Below, in pieces: positions 61,032-64,000 of a DNA stretch of 64,000 nt. The DNA is from an uncultured Planctomycetota bacterium. Lineage in GTDB: Bacteria > Planctomycetota > Planctomycetia > Isosphaerales > Isosphaeraceae. The translations under genes were made by a program, and so were the position numbers. The notes under the pieces were generated by a model. That model saw nothing but the letters and a program-made list of their open reading frames with translations. It was not told the DNA's origin and did not search any database. Position 1 is the first letter of the stretch; every line of letters starts with the position of its first letter. Location of the stretch: NCBI GenBank assembly GCA_963823665.1, contig CAWGMQ010000010.1:1568001-1632000 (forward strand), in the 5' to 3' direction.

Positions 61032-64000
61032 CTAGCGACTGCCACCCGCAAACGGGTCGGCCGGAAAGGCGGCGTCCTCGAGCGGTCCTTCGATCTGCCC
61101 TCGAATGACCTGGAATTCGAGCCAGTCGATGATCACAACGTCGGACTGAATGTGCGCGGTCGGGGTGCGAGCGAAAACTGGACGGGCCGCCGCAAAAGCG
61201 GCCATGGCGTTTGAGCCGCGGCCGCGCCGTCGCTCGAGCATGGCGGCGACGACCTCGTTCAAAGCTCGTCCGCCGGCACTCCAGCCCAGTTTCTTGGCGC
61301 GTTCGAGGGCCTTTGCGGCGGCTTCAATCTCGCCGGCGCGGTAGAGAGCCAGTGTTTGCACGTGAGCGTACCAGGCGAAAGTCGGGTCCTTTTCGGCGGC
61401 GCGGTTGGCCCATAACACCAGGCGATCGGGAGCCACGGGCGGGTTTTCGGCGAGCAGCGCCATCCGCGCGAGCACAAAAAATGTTGCGGGCTCGCTGCTT
61501 TCGCCGTGAAGGTCGGCCTGGCGAATCACGTAGTCGCGGTAGGCCGACTCGTCACCTGAGAGCAGGAGGGTGGCGGCAAACGCAAAGGCAAATTCCGAGG
61601 TGGCCGGCGGCTCGCCACCGCGCGTGAAATCGGTGATCGCTCCCTGATATTCGCGCTTGAGCAAATGACGCTCAGCGCGGATGTACCAGAGCAGTGCATC
61701 GGTTGGCCGCAACTCGAGGAGCCGGTCGAACACGTCCGGATGCTCGCTTATTGTGATGCAAAGCTTCGCCCGTTCACCCCAGGTCGCGAAGTCTTGCGGT
61801 ATGCGCTCGAGCGCGCGAGCGAAGTCGGCGGCCGCGCGGTCCGGTTGCCCGGCGGTTGCGAAATACGTGCCTCGCGCGACCCAGCCCCGCGGATCATCAG
61901 GTTTGGCCGGGGTGGCGGCGAGGATCACGGGCTCGGCCGCGGCGCTTCGGCCGAGCTCGTTCAAGCGGTTGGCCAGGGCGATCAAGTGCGCGCTCTTCGT
62001 TGGGTCGAGCCACACGGCCGCATCAAAGGCCCACGTGGGGGACTCGCGGTCCGCGAGCAGGCCGGCCGTCGCGGATCGAATCCTGGCCAGTCGATCGGTA
62101 TCGTCCGTCGGTTTGCCTTCCAGGAGCGAGTGTGCCTCGCGGCGCAGGGTCACGTGCTCGGGGCCATCGATCGACCAGGTGGTCCAGGACGTTCCGTGGC
62201 CGCCCAAGCGCTCGCGGCACCAGCGGTCAAACACGCCATCAACCTGCTCGAGCGACTTCCGTGCTTCGTCTTTCTTACCGAGCTTCCAGAGCGCCATCGC
62301 GCGGATGGGAGCTTCGATATGGAGCGACCCGGAGGAACCCGGCGCGGCCGACGCGAGCTGATCAATCGCCTCGCGGTACTTTCCGGCGCGATAAAGGGCC
62401 AGGGCCAGCGGCGGCTTGCGCCAGGGTTCGTCGGGCTTCATCGCGATGCTTGCTCGCGCGATCTCGACGAGCCGCTCGGGACTTAGCAAGTCATTGGGCA
62501 GCAGTCCCAGCGGCAGATCGATGTCGTGAGGATCGCAGCGGAGTGGTCCGTCCCAGTCGGCGAGTCGTGCCGCGGCGCGGCGGTAGCGATCCTCCTCTCC
62601 GAGCGCCGCCAGGACGTCGAGCTGGCGTGCCTTGGTCCAGGCATCAAGGAACTGACCGCGCTTTTCGGCCAGGTCGAAGAAGTCGGCGGCTTCTTGCCAG
62701 CGGGCTGATTCAGCGAAAAGATGCGCGAACCAACTCGAAGTCATCGCTGCGGAACCGCAGCCAATGTTCGAGCGCGGTATTGCTCACACGAACCAGCAGC
62801 GTGTTGCGACCGGCACGCAGGGCTGCTGGGAAGATGTGATCGAGGCCCGGAACGTCAGTCGAAGGCCCGTCGGGGTCGAAGATCACGCGGCCGTTGAGCC
62901 AGACTCGCGCTGTTCCGGAAACGCTCAGGCTGAAGAGGGCCGTGCGGTCGGAAGCGGAGTAGAGATGGGCCAGAGCATAAACCGACGAATTGCCCTCACC
63001 GGCAAGACGCGCCAGACGGATGCCCCGGTCGGGCGTCACATTGGCCGGCTTCCAGCGCTCGGGCGCGCCCGATTCAGCCATCACCGAACGCGACGGGTCG
63101 TGGTCCTCCTCGGGGCGGCTTTGCCAGTTTATCTGACCCGGGTAGTGTGCGACGACCCACCAGGGTGCCTCCAGAAACGGATCGAGACGGCCCGGGGCGA
63201 TCGCGGCAGCGCGAGCATAAGCCTCGTCGGCCTCGGACTCGAGGCCGTGCGCGGCCAGCAGCCGGCCCTTGGCCACCCACGGGCGGGGATCATCCGTTCG
63301 GCGCCGCGCTGCAAGGGCGAGATCGGCCATGGATCGGTCACGCAGTCCGAGGCCTTCAAAGGTCCAGGCGCGGTCGATGAGCGCGCCAGCGTCGTCGGGA
63401 GCATCGGCGATCGCGGCGGCAAATTCGGTGTCGGCTTTTTGATGATCGCCCAGCCGCCAGAACGAGTCGCCGCGGAGGAGCCGCAAGGCCCGCAGCTCGG
63501 GAGCTTTTGTCCCCAGAATCGCATACGCTTCCCGGCGCAGCAGCTCGGCGCGGAGCACGTTGTGCGCCAGGTGCGGCGACTCTTTGAGCCCGCCCTTGGC
63601 CAGGTGCTCATCGCGAATGGTCTGCTCGAGGTTTTGCTCGAGCGCGGTCAGCCACCGGCGGGCTCTTTCAGCCTGACCGGCCCTGGCATGGATGAGCGCG
63701 ATGACCGGGGCGGCATTCGAGTCGTAGCCAAACTCCAAGAGCTCAGACAGGGCGGCCTGATCCTGGCCCGCGCGGAAGAGCGCGTGGCCAAGCTCGATGC
63801 GATGCCACGAGTACCAGCCATCGCCGCGGCCCTTGGCGACCAAGCGCCTGGCGATCTCGATCAGTTTTTCGGCGCCACCGGAGCGTTTGCACTCAAGTTT
63901 GCGGTTCGCAGGGCGTTAAGCGTCCAGAAATGGTCAGCTCCCCCGAAGTCTCTGAGGGCCTCCTCGGTGATCGTACGCCAAGACTGTTGATCGCCGCGCC
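61032..64000 (-). CDS. 3' part of a large TPR protein, probably a Ser/Thr kinase (frameshifts near 62712 and 63850)
   Basis: TPR repeats, a VWLNG..LRAGRNTLLVRV domain and a C-terminal FPADPF; any kinase domain would lie outside the window. Confidence 0.75.

Overview
GC-rich bacterial window. Gene content (LEPR-XLL-type secreted proteins, ECF sigma factors with long C-terminal extensions, an ECF/Ser-Thr kinase pair, Uma2 paralogs, DUF1571, a DUF4058 stub) points to a planctomycete, probably Isosphaeraceae-like; this is inference. Positions 0-8.8 kb are a rearrangement hotspot: an S9-type lipoprotein hydrolase gene occurs as four full or partial copies interleaved with toxin-antitoxin modules (2x MazF/PemK, HTH+VapC), a GNAT gene split by a MITE with a target-site duplication, and several REP-like repeat families. 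Positions 8.8-36.5 kb hold accessory secreted proteins, ECF sigma factors and a kinase. Positions 36.7-42.6 kb hold a tandemly expanded membrane-protein locus. Positions 44.8-47.2 kb hold a transposase remnant, two Uma2 genes and an orphan antitoxin. Positions 49.7-58.9 kb hold a type II FAS/PKS-like cluster: 2 dehydratases, a long ACP, a non-catalytic KS plus a catalytic KS, a hydrolase, a GH3 acyl-amido synthetase and a DUF1571 lipoprotein. A response regulator, a NicO/RcnA-type transporter and the 3' part of a large TPR protein follow. Many genes carry single-base frameshifts, including the catalytic KS, so sequencing or assembly indels are likely and pseudogene calls are tentative. No rRNA, tRNA or CRISPR was seen. 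Family assignments come from motif recognition by eye; no database search was run.
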